Positions 9,518 through 18,844 of a stretch of 64,000 bases of DNA are shown here, piece by piece. Below the pieces are notes generated by a model. It was not told where the DNA came from and did no database searches. It worked only from the letters and a program-made list of their open reading frames with translations. Position 1 is the first letter of the stretch. Each line of letters opens with the position of its first letter. The DNA comes from Candidatus Gastranaerophilales bacterium (GTDB lineage Bacteria > Cyanobacteriota > Vampirovibrionia > Gastranaerophilales > Gastranaerophilaceae). The stretch spans positions 312,314 to 376,313 of the forward strand of contig CALUUK010000001.1 in NCBI GenBank assembly GCA_944323955.1, given 5' to 3'. The position numbers and the translations under genes are program-made.

Positions 9518-10213
9518 ATGAAGAATTATGCAGTAATATTAGCCTCAGGCTCCGGTGAAAGATCAGGATTAAATATACCTAAACAATTCGCCATGATTAA
9601 CGAAAAAACAGTACTTGAACTTACGTTAGATGTTTTTTCTTCACATAAAAATATTGATGAAATAATTCTTGTAACAAATCCTGATTATTTTGAGTTAACA
9701 AATGAAATTATATCAAAGAATAATTATTATAAACTTGAAAAAATCATAAAAGGCGGAGCAACAAGACAACAAAGCTCATATGCCGGCATTAGTGCAATAG
9801 AAGATACAAATGCCAATGTTTTAATTCATGACGCCGCAAGACCGTTTGTGACACATGAAATCATATCAAAATGTATTAACGCACTAAAAGAGTATAAAGC
9901 GGTAAATGTCGCCATAGAATCATCCGATACAATTATCGAGGTTACTTATGACAATATAATAAATAATGTTCCCGACAGAAAGTATTTAAGACGCTGCCAA
10001 ACACCGCAATGCTTTGATATAAAACTGATAAAAAAAGCTCATGAACTTGCAATAAAAGAAAATACCGATAATATTACCGATGACTGCGGACTTATATTGA
10101 GATACAATCTTGCAGATGTTTATGTAGTACAAGGAAGCACGGACAATATAAAAATAACTTATCCTATGGATATGGAAATTGCAAAACTTATATTAAAAAA
10201 AGAGAGCCGTTAA
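9518..10213 (+). CDS. ispD: IspD/TarI-family cytidylyltransferase (probably 2-C-methyl-D-erythritol 4-phosphate cytidylyltransferase)
   Basis: AVILASGSGERSG..IPKQF, IHDAARPF, RCQTPQCF are IspD-family signatures. Confidence 0.7.
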   Translation: MKNYAVILASGSGERSGLNIPKQFAMINEKTVLELTLDVFSSHKNIDEIILVTNPDYFELTNEIISKNNYYKLEKIIKGGATRQQSSYAGISAIEDTNANVLIHDAARPFVTHEIISKCINALKEYKAVNVAIESSDTIIEVTYDNIINNVPDRKYLRRCQTPQCFDIKLIKKAHELAIKENTDNITDDCGLILRYNLADVYVVQGSTDNIKITYPMDMEIAKLILKKESR

Positions 10214-10225
10214 GCTCTCTTTTTA
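10201..10225 (+). terminator. Rho-independent terminator
   Basis: agagagc (10201-10207) pairs with gctctct (10214-10220), then tttt. It overlaps the ispD stop. Confidence 0.6.
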
Positions 10226-10238
10226 TTTCTCTGTACGC

Positions 10239-11960
10239 TTACTTATATAAAGGTGCAAGTTTAGCCTCTTGTTGAGGAATAACACCTTCTTCAATCGGAA
10301 GATAAACTCTGTAGTCAATTACCGAGAAGCAATTGTCGATTGATTCAATTTTCTTAAGTTCTTCATCATTAATTGAATTAGACTCAATCATATCCGCTAT
10401 TTTTTCAAATCTTTCGACATGCTCCATAAATCTTTCGGTAGCATAATCTTTAGCCTGCCATGTTGTAATCAAAAACGGCCAATCCGAGCTTTGCAGCAAG
10501 AGGTTTTCTCTTGCCAATTGATTTAAGGCTCTGTGAAGCAGCTTATCTTCGGGTATTTTTTCGTATTTTGAGACAATATCTATAATACGTTTTTCACAGC
10601 CGTTAATTATAGGCCACATCCATTCGGTTAAGTGATTTAACCAAACATAGAAGTGTCCGCCCTGTCCCCATGAGCTTTCAGGTATTTGAATTGTATCAAC
10701 AGGCGGATGTTTTTCAAGATATTCGCCTGCGGTACATCTTTCAATTTCAGGAATGAAATTATTAAACTTTCTTATTACCTGTTTAATAAATTCAACACCT
10801 TCAAACCACCAGTGACCGTATAATTCGGTATCAAATGAAACCATTACAAGCCCTTCTTTACCGTTTGCTTTCTTATAGTCATTTAATAAGTGGTAAATAA
10901 GTGTTGTATAGTGATCTGAGTTAGAATTTACCTGATTCATTGCAAGAACGGGATCATAAAGCATTTTATCGCCCAAATCAGTAGTGGATGAAGTAATTCT
11001 CCAATAATTCATGCCTGATTTATCATCTTTTTTATGAAATTCACGATAAACACCGTCACCGGGGTAACCATCCGCAGCTGACCATACCTGAAATCCGGCT
11101 CTGTCATTTCTTCCCATTACTGCCACCTGAGCATCAGGAAGCCAATAGGCGGAATAAGTATCATATCCGGTAGCTTCTCTTTTCGGCAGAGGGATATATT
11201 CAATATTACCGTAAATACCAACAACCCTTCTTTCGCCGACCGAGTTACCGCCTTCGATAACATGAGATTCAGTAAAGAAGTATTCTATATCGTTATTTTG
11301 AAGTGTAACTTCAATAGCGGGACGCCATTTCTTTTGTCCGTCTTTGCCTGTAAATTCATAGCCCTGTCTATATGCACATTCTGGAAGCCAGCATCCTTTT
11401 GCCTTTTTTCCGAAGAATCTTTTCGTTGTATCTGAACCTACTTTAAATTGTGCATTTAGGTTTGTATCTGTTGCCAAAAGAGGTGAAAAGCCGTGCGTAG
11501 CACCGGAAGTTGTAATTTCTATACACCCCAGATCCTGGTATTTTTTAAATGCCGCAACTAAATCTTTATTGTATTTATTTACAAAGCAGTCTTTTATGTG
11601 ATTAAACCAGTCAAAATAATATTTAGCAAGATATTTTAAATGCTGTGAGTGCTCAACTTTAGGATCGGGATATCTTTCCAAATCTTTTGATACTGCTTCA
11701 ATTCTTGAATTTAAATATTCAATGAAACCGTTTTGTAAATGTTCATCGGCAAGCTGCTCCGCTAGAATCGGAGTAATACCGACCGTCAACTTTGCTTTTA
11801 TTCCTTCTTCTTCATACAATTCAGATATTGCATTTAGCAGGGGAACATAAGTCTCAGACATACATTCATACAAATTTTCCTCTCCAAACGGCCACATTCC
11901 TGCCATTCTGTAATATGGAAGATGTGAATGTAACATAAATACAAATGAACCTACTGTCAT
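10239..11960 (-). CDS. GH57-family 1,4-alpha-glucan branching enzyme
   Basis: FVFMLHSHLPYYR...WPFGEE, GCWLPECAY (nucleophile region) and VSFDTELYGHWWFEG are typical of GH57 branching enzymes. Confidence 0.8.
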   Translation of the reverse strand: MTVGSFVFMLHSHLPYYRMAGMWPFGEENLYECMSETYVPLLNAISELYEEEGIKAKLTVGITPILAEQLADEHLQNGFIEYLNSRIEAVSKDLERYPDPKVEHSQHLKYLAKYYFDWFNHIKDCFVNKYNKDLVAAFKKYQDLGCIEITTSGATHGFSPLLATDTNLNAQFKVGSDTTKRFFGKKAKGCWLPECAYRQGYEFTGKDGQKKWRPAIEVTLQNNDIEYFFTESHVIEGGNSVGERRVVGIYGNIEYIPLPKREATGYDTYSAYWLPDAQVAVMGRNDRAGFQVWSAADGYPGDGVYREFHKKDDKSGMNYWRITSSTTDLGDKMLYDPVLAMNQVNSNSDHYTTLIYHLLNDYKKANGKEGLVMVSFDTELYGHWWFEGVEFIKQVIRKFNNFIPEIERCTAGEYLEKHPPVDTIQIPESSWGQGGHFYVWLNHLTEWMWPIINGCEKRIIDIVSKYEKIPEDKLLHRALNQLARENLLLQSSDWPFLITTWQAKDYATERFMEHVERFEKIADMIESNSINDEELKKIESIDNCFSVIDYRVYLPIEEGVIPQQEAKLAPLYK

Positions 11961-12122
11961 ATATTAACCTCCGAGTTATAGTATATGTTATTTATATCAT
12001 AAATTAAGAAAAAATATAAGACTACAGAACTAATTCTCCGGTATTGTTTACAAAACTTTTAAATAAAAAAATCTTTTATCAAAAAAATTTTTTTCAAGTT
12101 TTAAAAACAACACGGTGAGATT

Positions 12123-13118
12123 ATGAAAATTAACTCTATATCAAATGTGCAACTATTTAACTATTCAAGTCGTGCACAAAAAAGCCCCAAGTTAAATTAT
12201 TTGGCTTCTGATGTTTTTGTAAGGACAAATCCGTCTTTTTCGGGTGAAAAAGAAATCAGTGAGCTGTCTTTCGAAAAATTTTCACAGTGGGCACAGCAAT
12301 CAGGTTATCTGTCTTCTGTTCAGGATAATGCCGAAAATGCTAAAGGACAACTGCTCGGGTACGGATTTGAAGGTGCAGTTTTTGAAATACCGAATTGCAA
12401 AAATTGGGTTTTAAAAGAATATCACAGAAGCAGAATTCTTCCTATAAAAAGAGATAAGGCGGGAATAAGACAGATAGAAGATATAATTCCTTATATGAAT
12501 ATCGGACAAACAATTGCAAGTCTTGAAATACCTTCAGGGCCTAATTATTCTTGTGTATATTACATTCGAAAAAGACATGAAGGCGTTGAAATAGGGGTCA
12601 AACCCGGCTCATCCGATTCTATAAGCAATCAGGATGTCAAACAGTATATAGATTCCTTAAAATTAATTTCAGAAGCTCCGCAAGCCGCTTATGACAGACT
12701 AATAAAAGAAATAAATGATATCTATGAAGCGGGATACGAATTAGATTGCAGTAATTCAAATAATTTTCTGTACGATATTAATGAACAACAAATTAATATC
12801 ATAGATGTGAATGACAGAAGAAAAAGTGAAAATAATCAGTTTGGTGACGTACTAAGTGCATTATTAAATACTGATTTTTATTCAAATCTTTTAGTAACCC
12901 CCGAATACACCAGTCTTCAAGCAAGGATAAAAGAATATTCAAGTAAAATAATAAGTAAATTTCTAAATGCGATGAAGAAAGCAAATCTTAAATTTAATGA
13001 CGGATATTATTTTAACAAACTGCTTGCAACCGATTTATTTGACACTTATTTAAAAAGCGGCTCAGATGAAGAAAGAATTAATGCATTGAAATCAGAAAAT
13101 CTTTTTAATGAAAATTAA
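12123..13118 (+). CDS. Hypothetical protein with a possible protein-kinase-like fold
   Basis: GYGFEGAVFEI...WVLKEY (Gly-rich loop plus Lys) and LDCSNSNNFLYD...INIIDVND (DxxxxN plus a following Asp). This is a motif-level resemblance only. Confidence 0.35.
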   Translation: MKINSISNVQLFNYSSRAQKSPKLNYLASDVFVRTNPSFSGEKEISELSFEKFSQWAQQSGYLSSVQDNAENAKGQLLGYGFEGAVFEIPNCKNWVLKEYHRSRILPIKRDKAGIRQIEDIIPYMNIGQTIASLEIPSGPNYSCVYYIRKRHEGVEIGVKPGSSDSISNQDVKQYIDSLKLISEAPQAAYDRLIKEINDIYEAGYELDCSNSNNFLYDINEQQINIIDVNDRRKSENNQFGDVLSALLNTDFYSNLLVTPEYTSLQARIKEYSSKIISKFLNAMKKANLKFNDGYYFNKLLATDLFDTYLKSGSDEERINALKSENLFNEN

Positions 13119-13157
13119 TTATGTTATAATGTTAAAAGTACATTGACAATTAAATAT

Positions 13158-13546
13158 GGGGACGTTTTGGATTTGACGGGCGGATTGGTGTAGACAGGCT
13201 GCGTGTCCCGGTGCTGTTCCGGGTTATAAACAAGCAAACTAAAATAAACGACAATAACGTCATTAAAGCTGATTTCTCAAGAGCAGCTGCTCTTGCTGCG
13301 TAAGCGCAGTTCAGCCGTTATATTAGACCAGCTTGCCGTTTAATATAGCGCCAACATGCAAGCTGCAGCTCCGTGATGGAGTTAGCGGAGTCAAGTTATA
13401 ATTCCACACTGCGTATCAGTCAAAACTGCTTTGATTAAATTATAGGATTGGTTCGTGCCGTAATTTAATTGAGATTAACAGACCTACACATGTAGATGCA
13501 GGTTTATATCCCGTTCCGGACGAGAGTTCGAATCTCTCCGTCTCCA
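13158..13546 (+). ncRNA. ssrA: tmRNA (SsrA)
   Basis: The 5' GGGGACGTTTTGGATTTGACGGG pairs with the 3' CGTCTCC, followed by discriminator A. T-arm GAGAGTTCGAATCTCTC. The internal tag ORF ends ...AAC GAC AAT AAC GTC ATT AAA GCT GAT TTC TCA AGA GCA GCT GCT CTT GCT GCG TAA (13247-13303), giving a tag ending FSRAAALAA. CCA is not encoded. Confidence 0.9.
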
Positions 13547-13600
13547 TTTTTATATTTTTCGATTACAATCTTGAAATATATTGCCTAAAAAGATGCTTCT

Positions 13601-14875
13601 ATGTTTATATATGAAGTATTAAGTGCGTGTTTAAATATGAAAAAATTTATAAAATATTTTTTTTATATAAAAAAAAATAAATATTATTTAAGGATATATT
13701 TATTTGGAATTTGCATTTATAATTCATTAAAAAGAGTTTTATTTATAAATCCTGAAAATCATTTTTTTGAAGAATCAAACCCGATAGCTATTTTAGATAT
13801 TGCTCAATATTTAAGATATCGAGGGATAAAAGTTGATGTATGCGAGTACAAAAATCTCCCCATAAGTTCCCAATATGATTTAATTGGTATTAGTTGTGTA
13901 TCATCATACGGCGGTGAAATTTTTAATCAACTCGAAAAAATAAGAAAAAATTTCCCTTTTTCTAAAATTGTAATAGGAGGCAAATGGTCAACAACAATGC
14001 TTCCTGAGGATAAAATTAAACTTAAGACACTTAATATTAATGTTGAAATAAATAAGGCAGAGCTTGTTTATACAGGTGATGAGAAAATTGACTTTAAAAA
14101 ATATCCGTCCTGGAATAAAAAAGATTTTGATATTCTTTATAAACGAGATCAAATAATGACCTCAAGAGGTTGTCCCTTTAACTGTAATTTTTGTAATAAT
14201 ACAGAAGAAAAAATTAATTATTTTTCTGTAAAACGTACTGTTGATAATATTGAATTGGTACTGCAAAAAAGAGAAAATGTTTATTTTGTCGATGATGTAT
14301 TCGTTACAAATTTTGAACATGCTAAGTCTATATATGATGAATGTAAAAGAAGAAATATAAATATTGAAAATCACAACCATTTTTTTGTTCATTTAAATAC
14401 TGTAAATGAAAATACAATAAAACTAATTCAATTATATAAACCCAATTTTATAGAAGTCGGAATAGAATCCGGTGATGACAGAATATTAAAATTAATGAAT
14501 AAAAAAACATCAACGGATAAAATTCGTAAGACATTGCCTTTACTCTCGAAATATACACAAATATATGCATTATGGATTGTCGGTTATCCTTATGAAACAA
14601 TTGAATCTTTAGAAAATTCGTATAAACTGGCAGTTGAAATGCAGCAATATATTGAGTTTTCCTGGGTAAGCCATTACATCCCTCTATTTGGAACAGAAGG
14701 TTATAAAATGGCGAAAGAATCAGGAGGACAATTTTTAGAAATATCTAATAATAAAACTATATCTTTTATTCCTAAAGGATTAACAAGTAATACTCTAATT
14801 GAATACAGAAAAAGAATAATGGAATTAAACAAAAGTAATTACTATTTTAAAAAATGCAAAATGGAAGATATATAA
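13601..14875 (+). CDS. Cobalamin-binding-domain radical SAM protein (divergent, solitary)
   Basis: N-terminal B12-domain-like layout (DLIGISCVSS...KIVIGGKW) and TSRGCPFNCNFCNN (CxxxCxxC). The start is uncertain; an alternative ATG lies at 13637. Confidence 0.7.
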   Translation: MFIYEVLSACLNMKKFIKYFFYIKKNKYYLRIYLFGICIYNSLKRVLFINPENHFFEESNPIAILDIAQYLRYRGIKVDVCEYKNLPISSQYDLIGISCVSSYGGEIFNQLEKIRKNFPFSKIVIGGKWSTTMLPEDKIKLKTLNINVEINKAELVYTGDEKIDFKKYPSWNKKDFDILYKRDQIMTSRGCPFNCNFCNNTEEKINYFSVKRTVDNIELVLQKRENVYFVDDVFVTNFEHAKSIYDECKRRNINIENHNHFFVHLNTVNENTIKLIQLYKPNFIEVGIESGDDRILKLMNKKTSTDKIRKTLPLLSKYTQIYALWIVGYPYETIESLENSYKLAVEMQQYIEFSWVSHYIPLFGTEGYKMAKESGGQFLEISNNKTISFIPKGLTSNTLIEYRKRIMELNKSNYYFKKCKMEDI

Positions 14876-14958
14876 TTCCTGAAAAATTTTTTAACAAAAA
14901 CGGTTATGGTATAATTAACATGGTATTTCGCCAAATTATTCATGCAGATTGAGGGACT

Positions 14959-16254
14959 ATGATTGTAATAAATTTGTTTATTATTATATTACTATTATTT
15001 GCAAATGCTTTCTTTGTAGCCTCGGAATTTTCTCTTGTAAGTGTCAGACAAACAAGAATTCAACAACTTGCAAACGAGGGTAATAAAACAGCAAAACTGA
15101 CAATTAAAGCATTAGATAAAATAGATAGATACATTGCAGCCACACAATTAGGTATTACAATAGCAAGTATTGGTCTTGGATGGGTCGGAGAGGCAACTTT
15201 AGCCAAATTAATTCATCCGCTGTTAGATTTTCTTCCATATGTTACCAATAATATTGCATCTCATTCTATTGCAACAATTTTAGCATTCATTTTAATAACT
15301 TTTATGCATGTTGTAATAGGAGAACTAATGCCGAAATCAATTGCTTTGCAATTTCCTGAAAAAACTACATTGACAGTAATTAAACCACTTGTTTCCGTGG
15401 CAAATATTCTGCGTCCATTTATATTTCTTCTTAACGGATTTGGTAATTGGCTTTTAAAATTAATAAATATATCACCGGCAAACAGCCACGATAATGTACA
15501 TTCCGAAGAAGAACTTGATATGATTATTGATGAAAGTTTTAAAGGCGGTGTCTTAAGCAAAACAGAGAATTTCTTATTAAAAAATTCTTTAAAATTTACA
15601 GACTTAACTGCAAAACAAATTATGATTCCAAGATGCAATCTTGTTGCGATTCCTGTTGACATTAGCAAGGAAGACTACGCCGAGTTGGTTCTGGAAAATC
15701 AGTATACGAGATATCCCGTATATTCAGAAAAACTTGATAATATAATCGGTATCTTACATGTAAAAGATTTGTATTCTTTACAACTAAAACATAAAGAGCC
15801 TGAGATAAAAAATGTTTTAAGAAAACCCGTTTTAGTTCCTGAAACAATGACAACTGAGGAATTACTTGAAGAATTTAAAAAAAATAAAACAGAAATTGTC
15901 ATTGTTATTGATGAATTTGGTGAAGTTTCAGGTATCGTTACAATGGAAGATGTTTTAGAAGAAGTTTTTGGCTCTGTTCAAGATGAATTTGATGAAGAAG
16001 AAATTGAAATAAAACAAGTTGATGAAAATAAATTTATTGTAAATGGTTTATTTAGGCTTGAAGAATTTTATCAATATTTCAATATTGATAAAAAGCCCGA
16101 TGATGATGTAGAAACAATAGGCGGGTTAATACAAAAACGTCTTTGCCGTTTGGCAAAAATTAATGATGAAGTTTATATGGACAATTTAAAGTTAAAAGTT
16201 GTTGAGTTAAAAGAACGCAGAATAAAAAAAGTACTTGTTTCAATCGTAATATAA
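14959..16254 (+). CDS. CNNM/HlyC/CorC-family transporter (DUF21 - CBS pair - CorC_HlyC)
   Basis: Four N-terminal TM helices, a CBS region, and VIDEFGEVSGIVTMEDVLEEVFG. RBS GAGGGA. Confidence 0.85.
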   Translation: MIVINLFIIILLLFANAFFVASEFSLVSVRQTRIQQLANEGNKTAKLTIKALDKIDRYIAATQLGITIASIGLGWVGEATLAKLIHPLLDFLPYVTNNIASHSIATILAFILITFMHVVIGELMPKSIALQFPEKTTLTVIKPLVSVANILRPFIFLLNGFGNWLLKLINISPANSHDNVHSEEELDMIIDESFKGGVLSKTENFLLKNSLKFTDLTAKQIMIPRCNLVAIPVDISKEDYAELVLENQYTRYPVYSEKLDNIIGILHVKDLYSLQLKHKEPEIKNVLRKPVLVPETMTTEELLEEFKKNKTEIVIVIDEFGEVSGIVTMEDVLEEVFGSVQDEFDEEEIEIKQVDENKFIVNGLFRLEEFYQYFNIDKKPDDDVETIGGLIQKRLCRLAKINDEVYMDNLKLKVVELKERRIKKVLVSIVI

Positions 16255-16286
16255 ATTTATAAGTTTCGCTTTACAAAGGAGGGATT

Positions 16287-17477
16287 ATGGATTTATCACA
16301 CATATTTAGCCCGGAAAAAGTTAATAACGGAAGACAAACAGCATTTGATTTATGTAAAACGCTATGTATAATTTTAATGATTTTATGCCATGTTTTTTAT
16401 GCAATTAAATACAGCACAACCGCAACATTAAATCCGACTTATATTGCCCATAATATAGTCAGATTATTAGGTGCACAGTTTTTTATGTTTTCTATGGGAA
16501 TGGGATTGGCATATTCTCGTAATTCGGACGCCAAAGGGTGTCTTAAACGCGGAATTATTCTGCTTTTAACGGGATATTTTCTCAATTTTTTAAGAGAAAT
16601 TCTTCCCTGGATGATTACTGGGAAATATCCTATGTTTGCCGGTATTATGACAAATGATAAATTTTTAATGTTCTTAAGCTGTGATATATTACAATTTGCC
16701 GGTTTAGCATTTTTATATTTTGCCGTTGTAAAGCATTTTAAATGGTCAAATTTAAAAACCTTTATTATTACTTTATTTATTACTGTAATCGGAGCTTTTT
16801 GTACAAATGAATTTACAATAAAACTTACCAGCGAAAACTTTTATTTTTCATTTATAGGTTTGTTAATCCCTATTAAAAACTTTACTATAAATGATTATGT
16901 TTGTTTTTCTTTCAGCAACTGGATTATTTATCCCGTATTCGGATGGCTGTTCGGAAAAGTAATTCAAAGGTGCCGTAATCTCGATAAATTTTATTTATAT
17001 TTATTTCTGATATCTGCTCCGATTTTTCTTATGGCCTGGGCGTCCTTTGATGCTGTCGGCAGGAATATGTGGCTAATTTTAATGAATCCTGTTGTTTATC
17101 ATCAGCAAAATCCGATAATTTTAGCTGTTTATTTAAATATAATTGCAATAGCGATAAGTATCGCACATATGTTTTCAAACTATTTTTCAAAATATAAATT
17201 TTGGAATATCATAAAACATTTTTCAAGTGAACTTCCTACATTATACATAGTGTCGTGGATTATTATAGGCTGGATTGGGGCTTGGTTAAAATATAATAAT
17301 AAATTTTTAACCAAAGACTCTGAAAATATCTTCTTTATTTTTTTCTTGGTAGTTATATTATCAGAAATATACATATATTTTAAGAATAAATATAAAAAAA
17401 GAAAACTTGAAAAAGTAAAAATTTTAATATCAAAAACACAAGAAGAACAAACAGACAGTGAAATCCGACAGCGCTAG
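16287..17477 (+). CDS. Polytopic membrane protein, possibly acyltransferase-3/DUF1624-like
   Basis: RQTAFDLCKTLCIILMILCHV resembles the acyltransferase-3 N-terminal R..D..K/R....H pattern. About 10 hydrophobic segments. RBS AAGGAGGG. Confidence 0.4.
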   Translation: MDLSHIFSPEKVNNGRQTAFDLCKTLCIILMILCHVFYAIKYSTTATLNPTYIAHNIVRLLGAQFFMFSMGMGLAYSRNSDAKGCLKRGIILLLTGYFLNFLREILPWMITGKYPMFAGIMTNDKFLMFLSCDILQFAGLAFLYFAVVKHFKWSNLKTFIITLFITVIGAFCTNEFTIKLTSENFYFSFIGLLIPIKNFTINDYVCFSFSNWIIYPVFGWLFGKVIQRCRNLDKFYLYLFLISAPIFLMAWASFDAVGRNMWLILMNPVVYHQQNPIILAVYLNIIAIAISIAHMFSNYFSKYKFWNIIKHFSSELPTLYIVSWIIIGWIGAWLKYNNKFLTKDSENIFFIFFLVVILSEIYIYFKNKYKKRKLEKVKILISKTQEEQTDSEIRQR

Positions 17478-17485
17478 TTTTCTTG

Positions 17486-18835
17486 ATGGGAACGGTAAAA
17501 ATTATGTACAAAATAAAAAATAAATACGAATTTCTAATAAATTACCCCGAAAGAATTTTGCCTATAACATTCTTTCTTCTGTGTTTATTCGGCGGAATCC
17601 TATTAAGTCTGCCTTTTTGTCATAAAGAAAATTTATCAATAATTAACGCAATATTTACTTCGGTAAGTGCTGTTTGTGTAACAGGTCTTTCCGTTGTTGA
17701 TATTGGAGAAAAATTAACAAATTTCGGTCAGTTCGTTTTACTCTTTCTTATTCAGGCAGGCGGACTGGGAATAATGACAATAAGTTCAATTATTTTTATA
17801 TTACTCGGCAAACGAGTTTCCCTAATGCACGAAAAAACCATCAGAAATATTTTTGATGCCCAAAATAAAGAAGAGATAAAAACATCACTTATTTTAATAT
17901 TTAAATATACTTTTCTTGTTGAGTTATTCGGAATGCTTATGTTAACTATCGGATTTTCAATGAGCGACGGATTTAATATCCAAAGTGTAAAATATGCAGT
18001 ATTTACTTCTGTTTCGGCATTTTGTAATGCGGGATTTTTCCTTAGAGGAAATAATCTTATTGATTATTATTCAAATCCGGTTGTTTTATATTCTGTTTCA
18101 TTCTTAATAATTCTCGGCGGAATTGCTCCCGTAATTTGCGTAAGTTTAATCGATTTATTAAAAAAAAGGAAATTAAATCCCCTCTCACGCATAGTTTTTA
18201 TAACCACTATGGCACTTATTTTTGCGGGAACTCTCTTTTTCTTTGTATCAGAGTATTACGGTGTTTTAATTGATATGAATTTTGCAGATAAATTTAATAA
18301 TGCATGGTTTCAGTCAGTAACAGCCAGAACCGCAGGATTTAATTCAGTTGATATGAGTAATATTTACATAGGCACTTACCTTTCCACAATTATTTTAATG
18401 ATTATAGGAGGCTCGCCGGGAAGTACTGCAGGCGGTATAAAAACAACAACATTTGCCGTTTTAATTCTGACTTGTTTAAATACATTAAAAAGGAAAGAAA
18501 ATACTGTTAAAAATCGCAAAATCAAACCCGATACCGTACAAAAAGCCATAACATTAACAATTATGTATTTATTTATATTATTTTTAGGAATTTTAATGCT
18601 TTTAACAACACAGATAAGCTGTCCGCATAAACTTATTTTCGAAGCTGTATCAGCTCTGGGAACGGTTGGTTTATCAATGGGTTCCACCGTTGAACTGGAC
18701 AGCATCGGGAAAATTATAATAATTGCAATGATGTTTTTGGGAAGGGTGTTTCCCGCAACATTACTTTGTTATCTTAAAACAAAAGATGTTAATACAAAAA
18801 TCAGTTATCCTGATACAAATATACCGTTAACATAG
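17486..18835 (+). CDS. ktrB: TrkH/KtrB-family potassium uptake membrane subunit
   Basis: Repeated pore-loop signatures SAVCVTGLS, CNAGF, RTAGFN, GSPGSTAGGIKTTTF. The start is ambiguous (TTG 17483, ATG 17486 or ATG 17504). Confidence 0.85.
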   Translation: MGTVKIMYKIKNKYEFLINYPERILPITFFLLCLFGGILLSLPFCHKENLSIINAIFTSVSAVCVTGLSVVDIGEKLTNFGQFVLLFLIQAGGLGIMTISSIIFILLGKRVSLMHEKTIRNIFDAQNKEEIKTSLILIFKYTFLVELFGMLMLTIGFSMSDGFNIQSVKYAVFTSVSAFCNAGFFLRGNNLIDYYSNPVVLYSVSFLIILGGIAPVICVSLIDLLKKRKLNPLSRIVFITTMALIFAGTLFFFVSEYYGVLIDMNFADKFNNAWFQSVTARTAGFNSVDMSNIYIGTYLSTIILMIIGGSPGSTAGGIKTTTFAVLILTCLNTLKRKENTVKNRKIKPDTVQKAITLTIMYLFILFLGILMLLTTQISCPHKLIFEAVSALGTVGLSMGSTVELDSIGKIIIIAMMFLGRVFPATLLCYLKTKDVNTKISYPDTNIPLT

Positions 18836-18844
18836 GAGGTTAAA

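Noticed and set aside
13547-14875. A genomic island integrated at the tmRNA 3' end.
   Set aside because: There is no integrase and no visible direct repeat of the ssrA 3' end downstream. The flanking genes look like ordinary chromosome.
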